Assembly: GCA_963720465.1 (NCBI GenBank)
Contig: OY970393.1
Location: 514,893 to 578,892, forward strand
Length of the DNA stretch: 64,000 nucleotides
Origin: Methanobacteriota archaeon
GTDB taxonomy: Archaea; Halobacteriota; Bog-38; Methanoflorentales; Methanoflorentaceae
Direction: 5' to 3'
Made by a program: the position numbers and the translations under genes. Positions 47,891-56,300 of this stretch are shown here, piece by piece. The notes below the pieces were generated by a model. The model did no database searches. It worked only from the letters and a program-made list of their open reading frames with translations, and was not told the origin of the DNA. Numbering within the stretch: the first letter of the stretch is position 1; each line of letters begins with the position of its first letter.

Positions 47891-48610
47891 GTGAATAAGC
47901 AAGATGTTATTGATAAAAGTCCCGTTTACACGGGTGAGAGAGTAATTGAGGGGAAGACTGATTCAATTACTTGGCAGCTGCATGTAGCACGATATCAATT
48001 TGCCAGCCATTATGCTCGTGGAAGAGTCTTAGACATTGCCTGTGGGACTGGATACGGATGTAAAATACTGCTTAATAGAGCGACGACTCGAATCGTGGGG
48101 ATAGATATTTCGCAAGATGCTATTAACGAAGCCTTAAAACGGTATAAACACGATAGAATCGCTTTTACGGTTGGTAATATACTAGACATTGAGTTACCGA
48201 ATGAATCGCAAGACGCAATTACTTGCTTTGAGACGATTGAACACGTCGCGCAGCAAGAGATTGCAATCAGTGAGCTTTGCAGGGTATTGGACCCTAACGG
48301 TACACTGATCATTTCATGTCCGAATCGTAAAGTAACGTCACCAGGTCGGCCAGCTTCTGACCCGCCACAAAACCCTTTTCACGTTAAAGAGTTTTCGACT
48401 GAAGAATTTACCTCATTCTTATGTCGCCACTTTGGAACAGTGACAGTTTTTGGACAACGAGGAGCGAACAAGATTCTCTTTTTGCCATTCTTGATTCCTT
48501 TTACCGGATTCGTTAAGTATCTAAACGGATCATCTAGGTTGGAGAGCATTTCATCATTCAAGGAGTATCGCTTTCTCACCGCCGTTTGCAGAGACGCGGT
48601 AAAAAGATAA
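47891..48610 (+). CDS. class I SAM-dependent methyltransferase
   Basis: 239 aa. VLDIACGTGYG motif I, the acidic GIDIS motif II and CFETIEHV. Low-G+C gene. GTG start in the track. Confidence 0.7.
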   Translation: MNKQDVIDKSPVYTGERVIEGKTDSITWQLHVARYQFASHYARGRVLDIACGTGYGCKILLNRATTRIVGIDISQDAINEALKRYKHDRIAFTVGNILDIELPNESQDAITCFETIEHVAQQEIAISELCRVLDPNGTLIISCPNRKVTSPGRPASDPPQNPFHVKEFSTEEFTSFLCRHFGTVTVFGQRGANKILFLPFLIPFTGFVKYLNGSSRLESISSFKEYRFLTAVCRDAVKR

Positions 48611-48849
48611 AAAAGACCAATGTATCCATTTCATCATACAGTTCAGGGGGCGACCCGTAAATTCTGCGCTCCGTCTCTTCTCGTTCAATGATGAGCAGCC
48701 ACTCCGGCGTTCTCTAGGGTTTATACTGCCCGCCCCCTTGGGAGAATGATAACGAGCAGTTTGTTAGGTCACGTGTACGACACGAAGGACAGAGCTATAT
48801 CTCACAAATGCGCACACTTTTGCACAATTGAGCAGAGGCTTGACTTACC

Positions 48850-49314
48850 ATGGCGAATCAATCACACGTCCAAATGCTCCTGCAGGGAGTATCGGTCTGG
48901 AACCAATGGAGAGCGGCGCACCCGGAGATGCGGCCAGATCTCAGTGGGGCGTACCTCACCGGGATCGACCTCACCCAGGCGGATCTTATAAAAGCTGACC
49001 TTAGAGGGGCTGACCTCACCCAAGCTGGCCTTCACGCGGCTGACCTCACCGGGGCTGACCTCACCGGGGCTGACCTCGAAGAGGCTGACCTTACTCGAGC
49101 GACCCTCATCAAGGCGGATCTTACCGAGGCTGAAGTCAACGAGGCTGACTTTTCTGGTGCGAACCTCACAAAGGCGAACCTCACCAATGCTGTGTTGCGG
49201 GGCGCTAAACTTGTCAAGGCCGACCTCAGTGAGGCGACCTGTATCGGCGCTGACCTCACCGGGGCCGACACGACGGGAGCGAACACGACGGGCGCGATCT
49301 TCGAGCATCTTTGA
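48850..49314 (+). CDS. pentapeptide-repeat protein
   Basis: 154 aa. About 25 consecutive A(D/N)L(T/S)xA-type pentapeptides (ADLTGADLTGADLEEADLTRATLIKADLTEA...). Confidence 0.8.
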   Translation: MANQSHVQMLLQGVSVWNQWRAAHPEMRPDLSGAYLTGIDLTQADLIKADLRGADLTQAGLHAADLTGADLTGADLEEADLTRATLIKADLTEAEVNEADFSGANLTKANLTNAVLRGAKLVKADLSEATCIGADLTGADTTGANTTGAIFEHL

Positions 49315-49533
49315 TCGGCGAGACGGCCCCGGGCGAAGCGTTACGCGAGTCCTTTGAATGAGCAGTTTGCTTCCGCTGCCGGAGCACGTGTATGATATCT
49401 ATATGAATTATTGGAGAAACGTCCAACTCACGAATCGTGAAAGACATGCGGTGAAAGCTAAAAAAGAAAGCAAGATTATTAGAACGGATTCTGCCTGAGC
49501 TTAGATCCATACTCAAGCAATCCAGGGTGGGAT

Positions 49534-49854
49534 TTAGAAGGTAACGATTTTGTCACTCTCCTTTACAATTGTATATAAATCCGCAAGCGTTGACAGTAGA
49601 GACGTTTGGGAACCTTCGGATTGGCGAATTTTAAGACAGGTGCCACAGGCTAATACGACGCCGCCGCCATCAATGAACGAACGCATCTGTTCTGTAACGT
49701 TAAAAGTTTCAGTATCAATAGATTCGCTCTCTACTCCTTTGCCGCTGAGGAAGGCTTTGACTTCATCGCCCTCCTTAATGGCGTAATTTCCTAATCTGAA
49801 TGCGTTCCACACAGATTCTGGATCGTTTGAATAGATGATAATGCCGAATTTCAC
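49534..49854 (-). CDS. DsrE/DsrF-like family protein
   Basis: 106 aa. KFGIIIYSNDPESVWNAFRLGNYAIKEGDEVKAFLSGKGVE...LACGTCLKIR. The GTG start overlaps the TGA of the upstream methyltransferase remnant (GTGA). Confidence 0.6.
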   Translation of the reverse strand: MKFGIIIYSNDPESVWNAFRLGNYAIKEGDEVKAFLSGKGVESESIDTETFNVTEQMRSFIDGGGVVLACGTCLKIRQSEGSQTSLLSTLADLYTIVKESDKIVTF

Positions 49855-50417
49855 GTTTTCACCTCCTTCTGTGCTGAAACTACGACAAATCCTCCCTCAC
49901 CGTAGCCATCTTCTAAAGGCTCAATAGCAGTCATCTCTTTTGTGAGTTTGAAAATGGTCTGACACGTTTTGACTGCCCCAAATCCCGATTGCATTAGCCA
50001 ATCTATCCCCTGCGTAACAGAGTAGAAGTGGGCGTATCGATAAAACGTCTCTTACTCCTCTTTTTCGCGATGGGATTTCCCGAGAGGACTGTCCTTGTCA
50101 ATCATACCGATTACTAGATGCCCTGTGGTTTAAGAACTCTCTTTGTTTCCTGTCGTGCCTGCTGAAGATCACTGAAAAAGCATAGCGCTGTGACCACCAA
50201 CACAGAATCGAATGACTCATCTTCAAATGGGAGGACGCAGCGAATAATCGGGTATACGATGCCAGCGCTGGTTTTTAGTTTGGTAACCTTCGACTTTCCA
50301 ACGCGTTGCACGATAACGTCTGCTTGTTGGCTTGATCAGTCTGTATGGTGCCTGAAAGAACGGCTACAAAGTGGTTGCGCTCGATCTACGTGGTTTTGGA
50401 AAATCAGGGTTTTTCAT
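49855..50417 (-). pseudogene. decayed paralogue of the methyltransferase at 36256..37116
   Basis: Own translation gives pieces colinear with the intact copy: ..VLPFEDESFDSVLVVTALCFFSDLQQARQETKRVLKPQGI / IGMIDKDSPLGKSH.. / ETFYRYAHFYSVTQGIDWLMQSGFGAVKTCQTIFKLTKEMTAIEPLEDGYGEGGFVVVSAQKEVKT. The pieces are separated by stops or frame changes, and the SAM-binding N-terminal part is largely deleted. Confidence 0.65.
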
Positions 50418-50461
50418 GCTTTCTCAATTTCCTGCTTTCTCAATTTCGTGCTTTCGTGATT
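50417..50461. repeat. 16-nt direct tandem repeat, about 2.7 units (TGCTTTCTCAATTTCN)
   Basis: TGCTTTCTCAATTTC at 50417 and 50433, with a partial third unit TGCTTTCGTGATT at 50449. It abuts the ATG of the methyltransferase remnant. Confidence 0.7.
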
Positions 50462-50568
50462 ACGCTTTTGAATTTTAATATAGAATGTTAAGATCATCGA
50501 GAACAGAAAACCTTTTCATTTCTGACCGTCAGAGCCGGTGGATTAGTTATGTTTTAACGTGAATGCCG

Positions 50569-51292
50569 TTTACGAGCCACAGGTGCAGAACCTTTCCCAC
50601 CCCACGAGATACGCCGCACCTGCTATGGTAGTCCCATAGAAGATAATAGGTTTATCCCTAAGAAAATCTCCTATAGTGCCGTTTAGAAGCGTTGTCCCGG
50701 TTACTAGGAATATATCGGCCCAGTTCATGGCTATCCCAGTAGCTTCAGGACCTTCAATGCGAGCGTTTTTAATCTTTTTTCCGATATTGTTTAGGTCCAG
50801 TCAATGACCCGGAGCTGAAAATCTGGTGAAAGAGATTCCACCATGCGAGGCTGGGATCCTATCTGCGGGATCTTTTTCATTCCGTGACGGCTTTTGATAG
50901 ATCTATTAAGCTCTTCCCGCATCGCGACGGATCTTGGTCTTTGCAGTGAATTGTCCTCCCAATCAGGCCCATGTGCCGCAATACCGCATTAAGAGTGGCC
51001 ACAAAAATCGCGCGCCTGTACTTATTTTTGAGGTCCAGATCGAGTATTTTGTCAAGGGAGCTTTCAAAGTCTCCATATTGATCAGTAAATGCCTGGCCAA
51101 GGCCGCCCATAAATTCGGTCTGCTTGAGTCTCTCTTTTTCCTTCTGCAGGGGGAAATCCCGTGCTTCCGGGTTGCCTATGGCCTCTTCAAGGGTGAGAGG
51201 GCGCGCCGGATTATAACCTTTTGATCCAGAAGTCCATGTTCATCCCACAATCTGCGCGCGCGTTCCTTCAAAGTCTCAAATATGTTTTCCAT
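50569..51292 (-). pseudogene. conserved hypothetical gene disrupted by at least one frameshift, an in-frame TAG and an in-frame TGA
   Basis: Own translation: MENIFETLKERARRLWDEHGLLDQKVIIRRA / (shift) RPLTLEEAIGNPEARDFPLQKEKERLKQTEFMGGLGQAFTDQYGDFE...RAIFVATLNAVLRHMGLIGRTIHCKDQDPSRCG...VTE* / ..IPASHGG..PGH*LDLNNIGKKIKNARIEGPEATGIAMNWADIFLVTGTTLLNGTIGDFLRDKPIIFYGTTIAGAAYLVGWERFCTCGS. It looks like one ~240-aa protein broken into pieces. Confidence 0.55.
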
Positions 51293-51347
51293 AAATGTTC
51301 ATTTTTCCTTTGGAGGTTTTGCTCTCCTTTATTTTCAAAAAATGGCT

Positions 51348-52211
51348 TTACAACAGCTTATGCCTGCTTCCAGAGGAATTTAAAAAGAATATGTCCTTAA
51401 ACTTCTCTGCCAGACGAATAGAAGCATCGAATCCTGTGCAATGCGAGACGCCGAGTTTTTGGATCCCTGTCTTTTTGAGGTCAGCAATAGTTTTGTCCAG
51501 TCTTTCCTGCGAGGCGCTTATCAGATGAGTCCCGCCCACGACAGAATATACCCGCTCTTCTTCTGTAGTCTCCTGGAAATGATTTATTATATTGATCATC
51601 CCGCGATGAGCGCAGCCCAAGAATATGGAAAGACCCTTGTCGGTCTTTATTGCTAGGGAAAGATCATCGGTAAAATTGTCGCGTATGAGGCTGTTATTGT
51701 CTATTTTGTATAATGACTGATCGGTCTCTTCATAGCCCGTTATAAAGGGGACCTCTCCGGAGGTAACGATATTATCGGAAATCCATATCGGGTTCCGGGA
51801 TAAAGTGAATCGCGCACCCAGACCCTCCAGTTGTTCTTTCCGAAAGGGTATCCCGGTGTAGTGATAATTATTTTCTCTGAAGGAGTATTTTTTGCCCCAG
51901 ATGTCAGGGTGGGCGATTACATCAACAGTCCCTTTTCTTGTGAGGACATCTTTCAATCCTCCTGTGTGATCAAAGTGTCCGTGACTGAGGACTATCGTGT
52001 CGATTGTCTTAAAGTCAATGCCGAGAGGTTGCGCGTTGTAGATGGCGGAAAAACCCGGACCGGTATCGAAGAGGATGTGTTTATTATCCGCCTCGATGAA
52101 TATGCTTAGGCCCCACTCGCCAATAAAGCCACGAGTTGCAGTATTCTCGGTTAATGTTGTTAAATTTATATCCATTGCGCCCCTCACGTTAACAGGCTCG
52201 CTTACCGCCAA
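51348..52211 (-). CDS. MBL-fold metallo-hydrolase
   Basis: 287 aa. LSHGHFDHTGG metal motif, a later GCAH.. and C-terminal H residues. Confidence 0.7.
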   Translation of the reverse strand: MAVSEPVNVRGAMDINLTTLTENTATRGFIGEWGLSIFIEADNKHILFDTGPGFSAIYNAQPLGIDFKTIDTIVLSHGHFDHTGGLKDVLTRKGTVDVIAHPDIWGKKYSFRENNYHYTGIPFRKEQLEGLGARFTLSRNPIWISDNIVTSGEVPFITGYEETDQSLYKIDNNSLIRDNFTDDLSLAIKTDKGLSIFLGCAHRGMINIINHFQETTEEERVYSVVGGTHLISASQERLDKTIADLKKTGIQKLGVSHCTGFDASIRLAEKFKDIFFLNSSGSRHKLL

Positions 52212-52301
52212 GGCTTATAACGAAATAGCGGTTAGTTGTAGAGCCGGCTAACCGGCCGTTCTCAGGTTTCTCTTCAAAGAGTCTTATTTTGGGCACTCAC
52301 A

Positions 52302-53102
52302 TCATCTCATCATAGTGAAGAGTCTTATGCCACTTATCTGTCTGAAGTTGGCCCCCTGACTAACACTGCGGAGGGCTCGCTCACTGTCAATAACCATTGT
52401 CCCTGAGATAGCATCTACGCCATATTCAAACAGGACGGGCGATATGGGCGTTGTATCGCCCAATACAACCACATAGGCTTTAGGGTTGCAAACAGAAAGC
52501 AGGTGATCCATTGTATGGTTGGTCAAGGCAGACCCTGTGACACCCACGACATCGGCCTCAGGCAGAAAAACGTCGGCTTGTTCTTCCGTAAGGTCGCCAT
52601 CACGGGGATTTTTTTCAATTACGTTTAGTTCCCTTGAGATGCCCCTCAGCCCACTTACGAATGGGAAGTGGCCTACGATAACAACCTTCTTATCTTTGCC
52701 CTTTTCGGCTAAGAGGTCTCCTGCATTAAGCTCAACACATTGTTCCCCATCGACCTCAATTAGCGAATTGATCGATGCCATGCCTATAGCGGCTTCGAGG
52801 ATACTGCCGGAAAACGACATCTGTACAAGTTCTGAGGCGCTTTTTTCCAAAAGATGGCCAGACTCCTTTATCAATGGAGGGGTCTGTTCAAGGGCGTCTT
52901 TCGGAAGCGTAGCTGCAAGGCCGCACCTGCGTGTAAGGACTCCTGTATGGAATATCCCCTGACGTATATCCCTTACTTGAGCGTCTAGATCCAAAGTTGC
53001 GATAATATCGGTTAATATATCCTTATGTTCTCCTAATCCAACAAGCCAGATACAAACAATCTTCAGTTTCTCGCTTATAATACAAGCAGTTTTTTCACGC
53101 AA
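52302..53102 (-). CDS. Rossmann-like domain protein (DUF364/DUF4213-like putative metal-chelation family); start uncertain
   Basis: 266-aa track ORF (TTG start). VRDIRQGIFHTGVLTRRCGLAATL is followed by a Rossmann-like KKVVIVGHFPFV...ADVVGVTGSALTNHTMD. The family name is from memory. Confidence 0.5.
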   Translation of the reverse strand: MREKTACIISEKLKIVCIWLVGLGEHKDILTDIIATLDLDAQVRDIRQGIFHTGVLTRRCGLAATLPKDALEQTPPLIKESGHLLEKSASELVQMSFSGSILEAAIGMASINSLIEVDGEQCVELNAGDLLAEKGKDKKVVIVGHFPFVSGLRGISRELNVIEKNPRDGDLTEEQADVFLPEADVVGVTGSALTNHTMDHLLSVCNPKAYVVVLGDTTPISPVLFEYGVDAISGTMVIDSERALRSVSQGANFRQISGIRLFTMMR

Positions 53103-53776
53103 TTAGTTGCAAAATTAAATCACAATTATCCATGCACGGCGCTGACCGGTCAGGTGCCGTGTTAGCTGGGGCAATTATCTCGATCTGTTAATACCTGCAG
53201 TTTCAGGCGATAACATCGTATGCAAGTCTCCAGCCACGTGTTTCGGCGCGCCTGTTGCAGAAACAAACTCGACAGCGCTAGCTTCTTTAAGTTAGCGAAA
53301 CTGTGCTGACGCAAGCTTATCAAGCAGACTACGGACAACAGTTATTACAGCTGACTCGGAAGCACCCCAAATATAGATGCCAACGTTCCAAATCACCATG
53401 ATTAGCAGGATAACGAGAAAAATTGCGCTGAGCGCCTTAATCGCGCTGTTGCTCATCACCGTGCAAGTAATAGGCATACGTTGGATTTTATGGGACCTCT
53501 TATCGTAATCCTTTGTGACGGACAGTGCAAGAATAGCCAATCTTATTGCAAAGTTTACGCCTAAACGCTATAAAACACAGGAGGCCACGAAGAAGTGAGA
53601 TGCATTGCTTTATTGCGTAGAATGAATGTAAGCGGTAGAAAAAGCTGGAAAATGGCGGACCTAAAAAAGCTTTTAGATCGCTGCATTTTAAAACACGCAA
53701 ACGTGCGTTCACGAGCTTTTTAAAGATAAAACTTTAAGTATGTTGCTTATAAAAAAATGAAAATTGGTGATAAAAA

Positions 53777-54061
53777 ATGTTATTTGTAGCCGAGCACACG
53801 CATCCTGCCTCAGAATGTCCCATGACCACCCCAGGTGGAAAAGATATGATAAAAGAACTTTTTTCAGAGAAACGTATAGGCAGTGCGGGCATTCAACTTG
53901 TCGGGGCATACATGAGCTGTCCAGTAGATGAAGGCTCGTATCATAGAGGATATTTCATAATAGAAGCTCCCGATGAAAACACCATTAAAAATTTCTTCGG
54001 ACCAATGAAAGTTGAAGTAAGAGAAGTTAAACCCTTCAGTGAAATTGCCAAAACATTATAA
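53777..54061 (+). CDS. hypothetical small protein
   Basis: 94-aa ORF with coding-like composition. No family recognised. Confidence 0.4.
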   Translation: MLFVAEHTHPASECPMTTPGGKDMIKELFSEKRIGSAGIQLVGAYMSCPVDEGSYHRGYFIIEAPDENTIKNFFGPMKVEVREVKPFSEIAKTL

Positions 54062-54236
54062 ACGACTGAATGTGGAGTTATCTCGCATAGACTGGCCTAG
54101 AATATACCGCAAGCAAGTCTTTGTCACTAAGCGATCGGCTCAGCTTCAGTAACTTCAACTTCATATCTCGCAGACATGCCTCGCACGGATCTGGCCCCAC
54201 CTCTGATTTAACACGCCCGTTGATCCACATGGCGAG

Positions 54237-54728
54237 TCAGCCGCGATAGCCACGTTGTCCCCGCCGTCTGGCTGTTTCCTCGTCCACCTCATCCTGCCAA
54301 CCATTGCGGTGGGTTTCCACCCGGTCGAACTTCGCCGTGTAGGGTTTGATATCGAGAAGCGGCGTGCCGTCAAGGATATCCACGCCATCGAGGTAGAGGA
54401 TATTCCCTTCGCGGCTAACCAGTTCCACGATGCTCAGACCGATGGCGTTGGGGCGGCTGGGCGCCCGCGTGGCAAAAACGCCATGTTCTTTGTCTTGGAG
54501 AAAAGGCTTCACTGTGAGTTTTACAGATTTAGACCGATGGAGATGGTAGATCAGATAAATATGCGAGAAGCCTTCAAGGTCGCGCAGGCCCTCTTCATAT
54601 TCGGGAAATATCTCTGCCCGCCCACGGCAGCCCTTCGCATAGGCCGGTTGGATGGGTGTTTCCTCGGCAATGGCGTGCCCGCTATGGATGACGCCGATGG
54701 GTTTGTATGTAATGCGGCTTTCTCTCAT
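54237..54728 (-). CDS. trmO: TrmO/TsaA-family SAM-dependent methyltransferase (tRNA m6t6A37 methyltransferase-like)
   Basis: 163 aa. YKPIGVIHS, FSHIYLIYHLH, GVFATRAPSRPNAIGLSIVEL and LDGTPLLDIKPY are the signature blocks of the UPF0066/TsaA fold. Confidence 0.75.
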   Translation of the reverse strand: MRESRITYKPIGVIHSGHAIAEETPIQPAYAKGCRGRAEIFPEYEEGLRDLEGFSHIYLIYHLHRSKSVKLTVKPFLQDKEHGVFATRAPSRPNAIGLSIVELVSREGNILYLDGVDILDGTPLLDIKPYTAKFDRVETHRNGWQDEVDEETARRRGQRGYRG

Positions 54729-55672
54729 TTCACAACCCTGTAGAAAATACTGCCCCGTTTGGTGACATTCTCTACCTTGCCTAACCGACAGAGTGTATTC
54801 AATTCCTTCATAACCGTCATGGGTGAAAGGGCAAGTCCGGCGGAAACATCCTGCAGGGTGCAGGGCCGCCTTTTCAGCAAGGCCATGATGTCGGCCTCTG
54901 CGCTTACGGTCTCTCCAGCCGGAGACGGCCCTGACGGATATTCAACAATGATCTCCACATTTCCCGTAAAATAGTTTTGGAAATCTTTGAGTTGTTCCAC
55001 CGAGACGGCTTCGGCAAAGTCCTCCGCGGGAGGGCGGTATACGGTGTTCAACTGAACACGCTCCGGGCGCAATTTCCCGACGAGAACAGCAAATTTCTCA
55101 ACCTCGGCGGGGATGGCCGTCACACCGGCAAGAAGAAACACCTCCAGCCATACGCTCCCTGGAAATGCTCCGATGAAATTGTCGATGCCGCTAATCATCT
55201 TGGCGAAAGCGATGTCTTCTTGCGGACGATTCACATAACGAAACATGGCCCCATCGGCCGCATCCAGGGAGGGTAGAACAAGATCGGCGCCGATAAGGGC
55301 GTCGCGGACCTCCTCCCGCCACAGAAGGGCGCCGTTGGTGATAACGGCGACAGGAATCTTTGTCATGCCCTTGATTTTCTCGATCAGATCACTGATCCGT
55401 AGATTCAGCGTCGGCTCTCCCGAACCGGCCAGACTGATGTAGTCGGGTTCAGGATCAACACCCAATTTCACATCCAACTCGGCCAGAATATCCTCGATTT
55501 TTATATACTCTTTTCGCTCGATGGTCTTGTTCGTTGTGCGTCCGAGTTGACAATAAACGCAGTCATAGGTGCAGGTCTTGTAGGGTACCAGGTCGATGCC
55601 GAGGGAACGTCCGAGCCGCCGCGAAGGTACGGGACCGTAAACATATCGGCACTTGAATGCTTCTTCTTTCAT
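54725..55672 (-). CDS. radical SAM protein with C-terminal winged-helix-like domain
   Basis: 315 aa. YGPVPSRRLGRSLGIDLVPYKTCTYDCVYCQ (CX3CX2C) and GSGEPTL. The last ~60 aa (ALLKRRPCTLQDVSAGLALSPMTVMKELNTLCRLGKVENVTKRGSIFYRVV) look like a wHTH. Its stop overlaps the trmO start by 4 nt. Confidence 0.7.
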   Translation of the reverse strand: MKEEAFKCRYVYGPVPSRRLGRSLGIDLVPYKTCTYDCVYCQLGRTTNKTIERKEYIKIEDILAELDVKLGVDPEPDYISLAGSGEPTLNLRISDLIEKIKGMTKIPVAVITNGALLWREEVRDALIGADLVLPSLDAADGAMFRYVNRPQEDIAFAKMISGIDNFIGAFPGSVWLEVFLLAGVTAIPAEVEKFAVLVGKLRPERVQLNTVYRPPAEDFAEAVSVEQLKDFQNYFTGNVEIIVEYPSGPSPAGETVSAEADIMALLKRRPCTLQDVSAGLALSPMTVMKELNTLCRLGKVENVTKRGSIFYRVVK

Positions 55673-56032
55673 CCGTTTTCGCCGTCCTTGATGGTTTTTA
55701 GATTATTCCAGATTTTTAGTGCAGAAGACATGCCGGCGTCCGGATATTCCATGTATCGTCAAACGCGCCTTATTATTTAATGTATTGCAGATGGAAGGCG
55801 CCGGCACGCGTTCTCGGCATATTCGGCCACTCCCTACGCATAAGCATCCCGGCGGCGAGTATGTGATAACAACGCAACCGTATGGTGCATCGTTTGAGGA
55901 TTTATACGAGATTTGTGATTTTTGCCGCTATCATAAATTACGGGTAGATATTGATGGGTGCCACAGCTGGACCCTTCGAACAAACAACAACTATTTTGTC
56001 CACACATTTTGGTTGACCTCCGTTGTATTACT

Positions 56033-56300
56033 CTTCAAAACGCCTCTCGTAGAACTCTATCAAATCATCGAAGAGTTGTTCCTTCGTACAGTCGTGCTAA
56101 GCCCCGTCTCTACGACTTCTGTGCTCTTTTCGCTCACGGTGTGAACTCTCCCGTCCGGGCAGGAGTTTCCCTTTACCACGTCGATGCGAGCAACACTTTG
56201 TCCTCCATCCGCAGCATGGGCATACTCGCGCCAGACGCTAGGGAGATATCCGTTGGCGGAATTGACATACAAAAGCACCCAATCGCTGCGATATTGAGAG
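56033..56300. pseudogene. relic of a second padR/ABC-ATPase divergent pair, with the promoter-proximal halves deleted
   Basis: 56033..~56214 (minus strand) translates to ..MLRMEDKVLLASTW..RVHTVSEKSTEVVETGLSTTVRRNNSSMI.., parallel to PadR residues ~58-121. ~56215..56300 (plus strand) translates to MGILAPDAREISVGGIDIQKHPIAA, parallel to ABC ATPase residues GILTPDAGEIRIGGIDIQKHPIAA. The two fragments abut directly. Confidence 0.7.

Noticed and set aside
48960-49290. Highly repetitive nucleotide stretch (GCTGACCTCACCGGG...), considered as a CRISPR-like or satellite array
   Set aside because: The period is 15 nt with no unique spacers. It lies entirely inside one ORF and translates to pentapeptide repeats, so the repetition is protein-coding.
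50795-50880. In-frame TGA codons in the 50569..51292 gene, considered as selenocysteine
   Set aside because: The same gene also has a frameshift and an in-frame TAG. No Cys-aligned context or SECIS-like hairpin was evident. Simple decay is the more economical explanation.
53125-53160. Near-perfect inverted repeat CACGGCGCTGACC/GGTCAGGTGCCGTG upstream of the Rossmann-like gene
   Set aside because: It could be an operator or a terminator, but it is a single occurrence with a mismatched centre and no T-tract. That is not enough to call a feature.
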